From: a virus
Virus record (IMG/VR): IMGVR_UViG_3300045988_129927
Direction: 5' to 3' (one strand)
Length of the DNA: 64,000 bases
Positions 8,613 to 17,705 of this stretch are shown piece after piece; position 1 is the stretch's first letter; each line of letters begins with the position of its first letter. The notes under the pieces were generated by a model. The model made no database searches. It was not told the origin of the DNA and saw nothing but the letters and a program-made list of their open reading frames with translations. A program made the position numbers and the translations under genes.

Positions 8613-11612
8613 ATGAGTGGTAAAAATGATAACACATTGTTAGATGCATTGAGCGAACACTTAAAAGGAAAACCTGTTAAGTTAGATGAACAAGACATTA
8701 GAAGAAATCCAGCCAGCTATTCGTTGTTTTCAAAACTTATTCGTAGTCGTAATGATGAGTCATTTAAAAACAATGGACAACTTACTGAAACCACACCTAG
8801 TTTAGATTATTTATTAGGGATGGCATCAGACAAGGCACAAGATATCGATGATAACGAAGCAATCATGCAGTTGTTACCTGACTTACAACGTGCTGCTCAA
8901 ATTTTGATTTCCTATGTCCTCTCACCTACTTATATTACATCAGGCCAAGAATTACAGTATCTGCCTCCACCTGGATTGTTTACACAAAACTCAGGTGTAC
9001 AGATGGTAGATAGAATTAAAAACTATATGGCTACTGGTTTTAATCTAGACGGTAGATTATACGACATCATGTATAAGATTCTGTTTACCAAAGGTGCCTA
9101 TTGTGTTGCTGTGATTCCAGAGTCAAGTCTAGATGAACTGATTAATCCAGAAATTGCTAAAGAATCATTCTCTTATCAAAGCAGTAAACAATCTATTGCA
9201 GAAATCGATAAACAACTTAACGATTACATGCGACCTTGTGCTGGTTTTGCTGGTAAAAGAACAGAAACTAAAAAAGAACATTATAATTCACTCTCTACCG
9301 AATCTTATTCTATTAATTTCAATAGTGTTGAAGTGACTTCTGGTAATACAGATGGCTCTTCCCCTACACTTTATCAAACAAACCATTCTACTGTATTTAA
9401 TAATACGGTAAATCATTTAATCGATACAAGAATTAAAGTAGACGATAAAATTGAATATGAATTTCCTAAAGAGATTTTCGATATCGATGGTGCTAAAAAA
9501 GATAAAAAAGATACCGAAATTACATTAAGTAAAGAAGGTAAATGGACAGTTGATTTAAAAGGTTCTGGTGAAGAAACACTTATTGAATATTCAGATGACT
9601 TGAACATGATTCGTTTAGGGCATATCCGTAAAGAAGCTACTGATAAACGAGTTAAGGGTACACTGGGTTTATCTCGTGAATCCTATATCGATAGAACCAA
9701 TGCTTCTGATAGACAAATCCTAGACAAATTATTTAAGAATATTGATAGTTTTGTCAATTCAGGTTATGGAGATGACAATAATCTTAAAGTATTGAAGAAC
9801 AATCGTCAAACATATCGTAAAGATTTGAATGAGCCTTTGGTGATTGAATACCCAGTAGAATCAATCATTCCTATTTATAAACCAGGTACTCCTTCTGAAC
9901 ATGTTGGTTATTTAGTATTACACGATGAAGAAGGTGCGCCTTTATCTAAAGTAAAACCTGTTAACTATTATCGTGATTTAAGTAATACATTTAATAGTCG
10001 TACCAGTGGTTCTAAGATGGCATCTTCACTTATTCAACAAGGACGCGAGATGTTCGATGGGATGAATTCAATGATTGATGAAGCTCGTCAAATTGAAATG
10101 TTATCTCGTATTCATGGTAATGCTATTATTAAAGAGATTATCGAAAGAACACGTCAAGGTGAATATGGTAAAAATCTAGATATTGGTGATTCTACTGAAG
10201 CATTTAGAATTATGTTCTATCGTGCATTAGCAGGACAAAGAACACGTGTATTATTCATGCCTAAAGACATTATGACCTATATGGCTCAAGACTTCGATAA
10301 TAAAGGCATGGGTCGTTCTTTAATTGATAACATGAAAGTATTGTTGTCTTTACGTATTCAATTCATGTTAGCACAAGTACGTGCAGGTATTGCTAATTCT
10401 ATTCCTGAGACAGTAGCTACCGTTAGAATTGATGAGAAAGACCCAGACCCTAAAAAGACGATTCAGATTGCACAAGCACTTACTTTAAAAACCAGATTAA
10501 CTGCTGGTTTAATGGTAGGCGCATCTAATGTACAAACGATTGAAGACAGAATTAATCAATCGAATATTCGTTTAGCAATTGAATCAGACCATCCTAAAGT
10601 ACCAAATATTGGTCACGATATCACAAGAAATACTGCTGATATCCCAGTACCTGATAATGATACTGCTGAATTGATTAATAGATTAGTACAAATGGGTACA
10701 TTCTTACCTCCAGAATTAGTCGATAATTCCTATGGTGTAGATTTTGCTCGAGAAGTATTACAACAAAACTTCTTAGTAGGCATGGTCGTTAAACAAATTC
10801 AAACCAAACAAAATCCTTACTTTACAGAGTTTGTTAAGAAACTTATCTTAGCTTCTCCTACGTTAAGAACAGAACTTAAAGAAACAGTTAAGTCAAACTT
10901 AAATGATATTCTTGATGTATTGAATGAAGCATCAGATGATGAAATTGATAAAACTGCTCTGAGTGATGATTCACTTAGAACAATTATTGAATACATCACG
11001 GATAAATTCATTGCTGGGTTAGTAGTTAAACTACCAGAGAAAGCTAATGATAATGATGAGATGATTAACGACCAAATCAGTAAAATGGAAGCTCGTATCG
11101 ATAAGACATTAGATTATATCTATTCACCAGAATCATTACCAAATGATGTATTGGGTGAAGAAGCCGCTAACTTTATTGACCAATACCGTGGTTTGATTAA
11201 AGCAGAGATTATGCGTAATTTCTTAATTGAATCTGGATTTGGTACTGAAGTTATGGACTTCATTACAATTAGTGATGATGGTGTCCAAACTTACGAGAAG
11301 AATGCTTCTATGCGCGACTTTGCTATTAAGACTATTAAGAACATGATGGATATGTTTGAGAAGTCTAAAAACATTGTTAAATCTACTACTGGATTTATGG
11401 AAGGTAACGACCTTAAACCTAGCGAAGGCGGCGGTGGTAGCTACGATAGTGGCGACAGTGGTGATAGCTCGGACGAAGGTGGTGACGATGGTTTCGGTGA
11501 CTTTGGTGATGAAGGAGGCGAAGGCGGTGAAGACGACTTTGACTTCGATGAAGGTGGAGAGTCTTCAGGAGAAGGTAGTCCAAACTCTGACGTAGACGGC
11601 GCACCTGACTAA
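8613..11612 (+). CDS. large virion protein, portal-protein candidate, with Gly/Asp/Glu-rich C-terminal tail
   Basis: 999 aa, AGAGG RBS. The size and its position three genes from the capsid gene fit jumbo-phage portals. No portal motif was verified. Tail GGGGSYDSGDSGDSSDEGGDDGFGDFGDEGGEGGEDDFDFDEGGE. Confidence 0.35.
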   Translation: MSGKNDNTLLDALSEHLKGKPVKLDEQDIRRNPASYSLFSKLIRSRNDESFKNNGQLTETTPSLDYLLGMASDKAQDIDDNEAIMQLLPDLQRAAQILISYVLSPTYITSGQELQYLPPPGLFTQNSGVQMVDRIKNYMATGFNLDGRLYDIMYKILFTKGAYCVAVIPESSLDELINPEIAKESFSYQSSKQSIAEIDKQLNDYMRPCAGFAGKRTETKKEHYNSLSTESYSINFNSVEVTSGNTDGSSPTLYQTNHSTVFNNTVNHLIDTRIKVDDKIEYEFPKEIFDIDGAKKDKKDTEITLSKEGKWTVDLKGSGEETLIEYSDDLNMIRLGHIRKEATDKRVKGTLGLSRESYIDRTNASDRQILDKLFKNIDSFVNSGYGDDNNLKVLKNNRQTYRKDLNEPLVIEYPVESIIPIYKPGTPSEHVGYLVLHDEEGAPLSKVKPVNYYRDLSNTFNSRTSGSKMASSLIQQGREMFDGMNSMIDEARQIEMLSRIHGNAIIKEIIERTRQGEYGKNLDIGDSTEAFRIMFYRALAGQRTRVLFMPKDIMTYMAQDFDNKGMGRSLIDNMKVLLSLRIQFMLAQVRAGIANSIPETVATVRIDEKDPDPKKTIQIAQALTLKTRLTAGLMVGASNVQTIEDRINQSNIRLAIESDHPKVPNIGHDITRNTADIPVPDNDTAELINRLVQMGTFLPPELVDNSYGVDFAREVLQQNFLVGMVVKQIQTKQNPYFTEFVKKLILASPTLRTELKETVKSNLNDILDVLNEASDDEIDKTALSDDSLRTIIEYITDKFIAGLVVKLPEKANDNDEMINDQISKMEARIDKTLDYIYSPESLPNDVLGEEAANFIDQYRGLIKAEIMRNFLIESGFGTEVMDFITISDDGVQTYEKNASMRDFAIKTIKNMMDMFEKSKNIVKSTTGFMEGNDLKPSEGGGGSYDSGDSGDSSDEGGDDGFGDFGDEGGEGGEDDFDFDEGGESSGEGSPNSDVDGAPD

Positions 11613-11635
11613 AAAATAAAATCATAAAGGATATC

Positions 11636-11667
11636 TAGAGTAGAGAGGGAAATCCCTCTCTACTCTA
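11636..11667. terminator. bidirectional hairpin terminator between convergent genes
   Basis: 14-bp stem TAGAGTAGAGAGGG/CCCTCTCTACTCTA, 4-nt loop, A-rich before and T-rich after. Confidence 0.75.
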
Positions 11668-11675
11668 TTTACCTT

Positions 11676-13928
11676 TTATTGCGTTAATTTGCAAATACGA
11701 TAGAATACATGGTTAATGTCAAATCGACTGGCTGGAATAAACTCAATCAATACACCATCTGAAGTTAACAGATAAGTGTCACGAGTAGGTTTACTTGATT
11801 TACGATTACGACGTACCAAAGAAGCAGTAATCAAATTACTGATTTCAGAACCAGTATCTCGAACCAAGCATACCCAACCATTTTGATTGTTTTCAGAACC
11901 ATCCAATGTGATATTTAACTCACCAGCACTACGGTCTACATAAGTTACAGTTGCTGTATTACTTACAATAGTCGGCGTATCACTGTCTGACAAATATTCA
12001 TCATCATTATTGGTAATGGTGAATGATGCGAACATTTCTTCTACAAGTGTATCGTATTGCTGTCTTGATGACTTAGTGATGATATCATCGCGCTCTTCCA
12101 AATCATTGTAACATTCTACAATCTCAGTTACACTGATGTCAGTCAAGTCTAAACACAGAAGAATCTTGTTAAACTGAATATCAATCATTTCAGAAAGTTT
12201 ACGCAATAGGACAAACTCACGTGCTTTAGTCAATGGTTTAATGATTTTATCACGATAATCGTCAAATGTTTTACATTCTTTGATTTTCCGTACTACCTCT
12301 AACTGACGTTTCTTAGTAGCAATAGGATTCATGATAGTGACATCACTTTCAACCAAACGTGAATCATTGTGTTCTGTATAAACATCGTCAATGATTTCTG
12401 TAACCAGTGACGGTAAGTTATCAGCGATAATCTCGTTATCGTTAATAGTTACATTGTATTCATTTACTTCGCCACCATTTGCAAGGATTTCGGCTTCCTG
12501 ATATTGACGTTCCTCATCAGTCATGGTCAGATATTTAATCTCTTCTTCCAGACTAGGTGGATTCTCACGATTAGGAATTAATGCACTACCTAAGATACCT
12601 GGTGTTTTACCAGGAATGATATGGTCTTTAAGTTCCATTCTTTCTTCCTCAGTTAAATCGTACAATACCTGACAAGGCAAACCATGTTCATCTAATTCAA
12701 TCATACAACGTTTATTCAGATAGTTGTAGGATTGCCACAGTTTATTACTTGCGTTAAATGCAAATACATACTCACGTTGAACCAGACCATAAGTGTCGTA
12801 GTATTCAAAATACAAACCATCTTTATCTTCAGACAGTTTTTCACGATGTTTAGTATAGTCAAACGGATATAAGTATTCAGGTGTTAGTTTACGACGTACT
12901 TTTACTTCATTAATATCTTCGTATCCTTTGGTAGAAGTATTAATCCACAAACCTACTAACCAGTTACGACCAATAGCCATCTTACGACGATAATCTGGTA
13001 CAATTGGGAAACCATCTTCTTCAACTTGACGAGTTTCCTGATTGTTTACATTAGTAGTTTCATTGATGTTAGGTTTATCATAACGCTCTTCGTATTGACG
13101 TGCATTACCGTGAACAACGGTAGGTGTACCAATAACAGAAGATTCATCAACCAATTCGTTGTATGCTGAATTATCTTGTTGTTGGCGTTGTTGCTGTTGT
13201 GGGTTTTGCTGATTTCCACTAATGCTTTCAACATATTTACGACGTTTAATGGCAAAGTAGTCATTGGTATCAGTTTGCTGTGTAGTATTCGTGTTATTAC
13301 CACCACGACCGAACACATCATGTGCTTGTGTGTTAGAAGCACTAAATGTATTATCTACACGATTAGCACTCATGCCACCAAAGTTATTACCATTGTTACC
13401 ACGAACACTACCCCAACGAGAACCACCAGCATTACCTACATTGTTATTACGCATGGTCATACCACCACGAGTAGCGAAACTACCTGCATTGTTGTTACCA
13501 TACATCATGCCATTGCCATTACTGTAATGACGTGCCAATTGACGTTGGATATTATTAATGTAAGAACAATACTTACTAGCATCATTACGTACACCATGTG
13601 CTTCTTGAGCATTTAATTGGTTCATTGGGCCATAATTCAAGAAGATGTAAGGTACAGCATCAACAAAGGAATTACTTACTAAGTTGAATACTTGGTTTTG
13701 GTTATTAGGATTGATTTGGTTAGACAAATATTCTAATTCCAAAATCTGCAAGATATTTACGTAGATTTCAGAGAACAAATTATTGTTTTGACTCAATGCT
13801 TCAGCAGCACATCCACGGAAGAATGATACTTGGTTAGGACCAGCATACAGTGTTTCGTCAATTACATTTGTCAACATCTCACCAACCATTTGTTGTAGAG
13901 GTGCTGTTTGATACAAATCGATATTCAT
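11676..13928 (-). CDS. hypothetical 750-aa protein with internal Asn/Gly/Gln-rich low-complexity domain
   Basis: Residues about 136-255 read NGNGMMYGNNNAG..RGGMTMRNNNVGNAGGSRWGSVRGNNGNNFGG..QQNPQQQQRQQQ. The flanking regions look globular. Confidence 0.7.
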   Translation of the reverse strand: MNIDLYQTAPLQQMVGEMLTNVIDETLYAGPNQVSFFRGCAAEALSQNNNLFSEIYVNILQILELEYLSNQINPNNQNQVFNLVSNSFVDAVPYIFLNYGPMNQLNAQEAHGVRNDASKYCSYINNIQRQLARHYSNGNGMMYGNNNAGSFATRGGMTMRNNNVGNAGGSRWGSVRGNNGNNFGGMSANRVDNTFSASNTQAHDVFGRGGNNTNTTQQTDTNDYFAIKRRKYVESISGNQQNPQQQQRQQQDNSAYNELVDESSVIGTPTVVHGNARQYEERYDKPNINETTNVNNQETRQVEEDGFPIVPDYRRKMAIGRNWLVGLWINTSTKGYEDINEVKVRRKLTPEYLYPFDYTKHREKLSEDKDGLYFEYYDTYGLVQREYVFAFNASNKLWQSYNYLNKRCMIELDEHGLPCQVLYDLTEEERMELKDHIIPGKTPGILGSALIPNRENPPSLEEEIKYLTMTDEERQYQEAEILANGGEVNEYNVTINDNEIIADNLPSLVTEIIDDVYTEHNDSRLVESDVTIMNPIATKKRQLEVVRKIKECKTFDDYRDKIIKPLTKAREFVLLRKLSEMIDIQFNKILLCLDLTDISVTEIVECYNDLEERDDIITKSSRQQYDTLVEEMFASFTITNNDDEYLSDSDTPTIVSNTATVTYVDRSAGELNITLDGSENNQNGWVCLVRDTGSEISNLITASLVRRNRKSSKPTRDTYLLTSDGVLIEFIPASRFDINHVFYRICKLTQ

Positions 13929-13960
13929 GTTAGTTTCCTTTTTAAAATATACTTTAACAA

Positions 13961-15664
13961 TTACTCTGTGTCTTCAATATCGTGCCTATTATCTACTTCA
14001 CCGTATAGCAATTTCTTAACGGCTTCGATTTTATCGGCAAGTTCGGGATTAGGCACAATGGTGTAATCGTCAGTGATAGTTACATATGGGTTTAATCTAC
14101 TGCGACCTGATGGGTCTGCTTTAGACATATCGAATGCCGCACCACATTCCAATAGAGATTCATGTAGTGCTACAGATGGGTCTTCTACATTAAACTGCGT
14201 ATTAGATGTTCTGGCTTTATCAGACTTCTCTTGTGGGATAACAATACGTCCCATTTTCAAGATAGGCAAATCAGCTGGGTCATCTACTACGATAATTTCA
14301 GTATGGTTCTTAATCTGCATAACAACTTCAGCACGAATGCTTTCAATTGCTTTGCGTACAGCTTCGTACTTAACAGGTACATTAGGATTTCTGTCTTCTT
14401 CTAATCGCAGTGTACTAAGATTAAAGTAAGCATTGTTAATCGCTTTAGTTAAATCGAATAACAAGAATTGACAAATCTGCAATTGCTTACCATACAGAGT
14501 ATTAGATTTAGAAATTTGTGAAATCTCACTGGTTAAGTCAATAAAGTTTTCAACAATATAAACAAACAGTTTATAAATGCTGTCAATATGTCCTAAACCA
14601 ATTCGCTCAAAATCATCGATAGTCATGTCATCTACATAACCATCCAATGAAACCATGTGTTTGTCAATATTGTCTTGAATAATAGACGCATGGTCAGATG
14701 TAGAACAGATGGCTTCACCCATCATGCTACGCCATGCTTCTGTATTATCTACAATATCTGGATTCATTCGATTATAACGAGTATAGTGACTCAATACGTA
14801 AATCAATGTACCAATAACCGTTTTAGCTGAACGAATGGTTTCCCATTCTTTACGACGTACTGCAAAGAACATCTTTGTAGGTTCGTAATAAGGATAAAGA
14901 TAACTGTGTGGTGGCTTACGACCATTACTTTTAACAATTACCCAATCTTCTGTTGGATATTGGTTTGATAGGTCGGCAGCTGTTTCAAAGTCATCTTCAT
15001 TTAACATCTGAACAGAACCAGGTTTAAAACCAAACATTTCTAATGTTTTGGTCATCCCGAACTTACAGCACAAATAATGTACAAGAGTACACTTCATTTT
15101 AATGAAATTATCAGTGCGTCCAGTGTCTTTCTTATTGTGGATTTTAGAATGATAGATAGATGTATATTCAGATACACCATCTACAAAAATATTCACACTA
15201 CGAATACGTTCAAACCACAGCTTAATCTTAATCAGTTTAACAAAGATTTCAGTAGGTTTAATGGTGATGATACCATCTGCCATTACAGGTGCAACCATGT
15301 ATTTTACACCATTCATCCACATGAATCCATGTCGACGAATAAATGGAAGATAGATATATTTACGAATCGGCTGACCATCAAAGTCAAAGTTAAAAGCATA
15401 AAGTCGGATATCATTTTTATTGATATCGTATTTACGCGTGTTGTTGTTACTGATTCTGGTCATGTATTGATAACCCTCTTTTGGAGGGACTTTCTCACAA
15501 CCAAGATACTTTAACTTTTTAGGAAATCGTTTCGAGTTAATGCGAAACAGTCTATCCACATAAAGAGGAATATTAGGATTGTCGTGATAAGACAATCCTA
15601 ATCCAATTCTTTCGTCAATATGTGGAGTATCTTCCTTAATCCGTTCTATCAATAAAGGATTCAT
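13961..15664 (-). CDS. candidate RNA polymerase beta-subunit-like fragment (N-terminal-half type); otherwise hypothetical
   Basis: KYIYLPFIRRHGFMWMNGVKYMVAPVMADG resembles the RpoB segment [33 protein letters not shown]. phiKZ-like phages encode split beta/beta-prime genes. No other RpoB block was verified. Confidence 0.35.
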   Translation of the reverse strand: MNPLLIERIKEDTPHIDERIGLGLSYHDNPNIPLYVDRLFRINSKRFPKKLKYLGCEKVPPKEGYQYMTRISNNNTRKYDINKNDIRLYAFNFDFDGQPIRKYIYLPFIRRHGFMWMNGVKYMVAPVMADGIITIKPTEIFVKLIKIKLWFERIRSVNIFVDGVSEYTSIYHSKIHNKKDTGRTDNFIKMKCTLVHYLCCKFGMTKTLEMFGFKPGSVQMLNEDDFETAADLSNQYPTEDWVIVKSNGRKPPHSYLYPYYEPTKMFFAVRRKEWETIRSAKTVIGTLIYVLSHYTRYNRMNPDIVDNTEAWRSMMGEAICSTSDHASIIQDNIDKHMVSLDGYVDDMTIDDFERIGLGHIDSIYKLFVYIVENFIDLTSEISQISKSNTLYGKQLQICQFLLFDLTKAINNAYFNLSTLRLEEDRNPNVPVKYEAVRKAIESIRAEVVMQIKNHTEIIVVDDPADLPILKMGRIVIPQEKSDKARTSNTQFNVEDPSVALHESLLECGAAFDMSKADPSGRSRLNPYVTITDDYTIVPNPELADKIEAVKKLLYGEVDNRHDIEDTE

Positions 15665-15784
15665 GCTTGTTTTCCTTGTATAATTATTAAAGTATATTCT
15701 ACCATGATAAAAGACTCGCGATATTCTTTTAACAATAATAAAACACCTAATATCTCAATCACGAGATAATTCATTCAAATAAGT

Positions 15785-17524
15785 TTAAAAGTCAAATAAT
15801 TTTTCAATCCCTTTAAATAAAAGATAACCAATACCTACTACAGCTGCGGCTGCACCGATAACAGGTAAGGCTGCACCTATAAAAGAAATACCAGCAAATC
15901 CCATTGCTGATTTACTAGCTATACCTGCAACAGCACTAGAGGCTGCACCAGATGCAGATAATGCCAAAAATCCTTTCTTAGCTATAACTCCAGTAGTTGT
16001 TGTCTTTTTACTATCTGTTATTACTTTAGTTACTGCGCCAGCAATAGCGGCAGCTCCTGTAATAATACCAGCAGTAGAAGCAAGATTACGTGATGTATCT
16101 GAACTACCCGCACTTGCTGCTGCTATTTCAGCCTTTACGCGTTTAGAACGCTCTTCGATTACTTTTTCCTCCAAGTCTAAGTTACGGTCAATAAGTCTAT
16201 ATTTTCTATCATCCTGTTGTTTTTCAGTCAGATATTCTCTTTCCTCTCGTTTAAATGTTCTTTCTTCACGAGAATTCTCGTGACTACTTAATGTTTCAAT
16301 ATGGTCTAATTTAAGTTTAAGTTCTTTAAGCTCTCTTTCTTTTTGGTTAATCTCTTCATTCAGTTGGCGAACTTTAAGCTCATGCTCGCGTTCGCGTTCT
16401 TTAAATTGATTATTTAAAATTACCTCCTGTTGTTTTAGTTTACGAATTTCAATTTCAGAATTATAAGTTCTAGCTTCATCAGATGTACAGAAGTAACCAT
16501 GTTCTTGTAGTGTTTCTTTATCGTGGTAAGGGATAAATACTTTAACTACTTCAATGCAGTCTTCTTCGTTTAGATAAGACGTATAGATATATAATCCAGA
16601 TTCTTCGCCGTTAGTTGGTTTTTCACCACCGATAGTTTGAATTTTATTACCTACTCTACGGTAAATTTTACCATTCTCTTTATTGGTAATAAACTTAATA
16701 GATTCTAACCTACCTTGTTTTGTTAATTCTTTCTGAATAACTTGATGTAATTCAGATTCTTCAATAGAGAATGAAGGATGGATAATTTGTTTATAATTTA
16801 CCACATTAGGTGAAATTACAATATCCAATTCTTTATCGTAGATAATTTTATTCATACGAATAATATCTTCAGGATAATAGAATACAGTAACTAACTCACT
16901 ATTTGCTAAGTAGAGGTTTGTAGAATAAGGGCCTTTGGTAGCTTTAATTACATCGGATATCTTATCTTCCAACTCTTTTTTGTTTTCCAATACTTTACCA
17001 AATAAACGCCTGTTTTCAGTAATTCCAAACAAAGCATCGTCGTTATTACCTGATTCTTTATAGCTGTTTTCAATTGAGTTTAGTAAACCAACAGTCGGCA
17101 CTATTGATTCTAAATTAGACAAATGTCTAACAATAATATAAAGACCTGAACCGTATCGTAAAACCATTTCTTTATCTTTCAGAGTCAGTCTTCTTAAAGA
17201 AGAATTTTCAGTACCTGGTTTTAATCGATAGACATATCCAAATCGATTACTGATATTAATATCAGTATTAGACATGTTAATGATTTCAGTTGTTGAAAAT
17301 AATGTACTTGGGTGCTCGATTGACTTACCACTCTTAGCCCCAAAATAACTATCTTCTTTAATAATAACTGAATAAGGGCTACCACTAATAACATCAGAAT
17401 GTTCTGCATTAACTGTGTTATTATTGAAAAAGTCCGATGGTAAGTGAGTTTCTTTAAATTTACGACTGCTTCTATTTCGTACATTGAACAAAGCAGAACC
17501 ATTTTGATATTCATCGTTAGACAT
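15785..17524 (-). CDS. hypothetical protein: globular N-domain, charged coiled coil, Gly/Ala-zipper hydrophobic C-terminus
   Basis: Coiled coil KLKQQEVILNNQFKEREREHELKVRQLNEEINQKERELKELKLKL. The last ~114 aa read GIITGAAAIAGAV..ASGAASSAVAGIASKSAMGFAGISFIGAALPVIGAAAAVVGIGYLLF. Confidence 0.7.
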   Translation of the reverse strand: MSNDEYQNGSALFNVRNRSSRKFKETHLPSDFFNNNTVNAEHSDVISGSPYSVIIKEDSYFGAKSGKSIEHPSTLFSTTEIINMSNTDINISNRFGYVYRLKPGTENSSLRRLTLKDKEMVLRYGSGLYIIVRHLSNLESIVPTVGLLNSIENSYKESGNNDDALFGITENRRLFGKVLENKKELEDKISDVIKATKGPYSTNLYLANSELVTVFYYPEDIIRMNKIIYDKELDIVISPNVVNYKQIIHPSFSIEESELHQVIQKELTKQGRLESIKFITNKENGKIYRRVGNKIQTIGGEKPTNGEESGLYIYTSYLNEEDCIEVVKVFIPYHDKETLQEHGYFCTSDEARTYNSEIEIRKLKQQEVILNNQFKEREREHELKVRQLNEEINQKERELKELKLKLDHIETLSSHENSREERTFKREEREYLTEKQQDDRKYRLIDRNLDLEEKVIEERSKRVKAEIAAASAGSSDTSRNLASTAGIITGAAAIAGAVTKVITDSKKTTTTGVIAKKGFLALSASGAASSAVAGIASKSAMGFAGISFIGAALPVIGAAAAVVGIGYLLFKGIEKLFDF

Positions 17525-17569
17525 AGTTGTTTTCTCCTTAAGGAAACAATATAATATTCGATACCAATT

Positions 17570-17588
17570 TAATATTATATGTTTTAGA
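17570..17588 (-). promoter_or_regulatory. promoter-like motif instance (upstream of 15785..17524)
   Basis: Plus strand reads TAATATTATATGTTTTAGA. It lies between the capsid-gene terminator and the ATG at 17524. Confidence 0.4.
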
Positions 17589-17613
17589 AAAAATACAATA
17601 AGACGTAGATAAT

Positions 17614-17655
17614 CCTATTACTCCTCTACCCAATTAAGGGTAGAGGAGTAATAGG
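17614..17655 (-). terminator. hairpin terminator after the capsid gene
   Basis: 18-bp perfect stem CCTATTACTCCTCTACCC/GGGTAGAGGAGTAATAGG, 6-nt loop. Confidence 0.8.
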
Positions 17656-17705
17656 TATCTTTAATTAATTGTTTAAATTAATCAGTTCTAATTAACCACT
17701 AGTGA

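Noticed and set aside
8576-8698. N-terminal extensions proposed by the ORF track (6233..8698, 34322..34996, 45815..46522, 1532..2515, 17706..19988, 57074..57382).
   Set aside because: The extended starts are TTG or GTG, or they lack an RBS. They run through terminator hairpins or into the neighbouring divergent gene. In each case an internal ATG with the conserved TATAAAGGA-type context exists.
15365-15385. NFDFDGQ in 13961..15664 resembles the RNA polymerase beta-prime catalytic motif NADFDGD.
   Set aside because: The third Asp is Gln and the position (about residue 95) is wrong. The rest of the protein resembles beta rather than beta-prime. Most likely coincidence.
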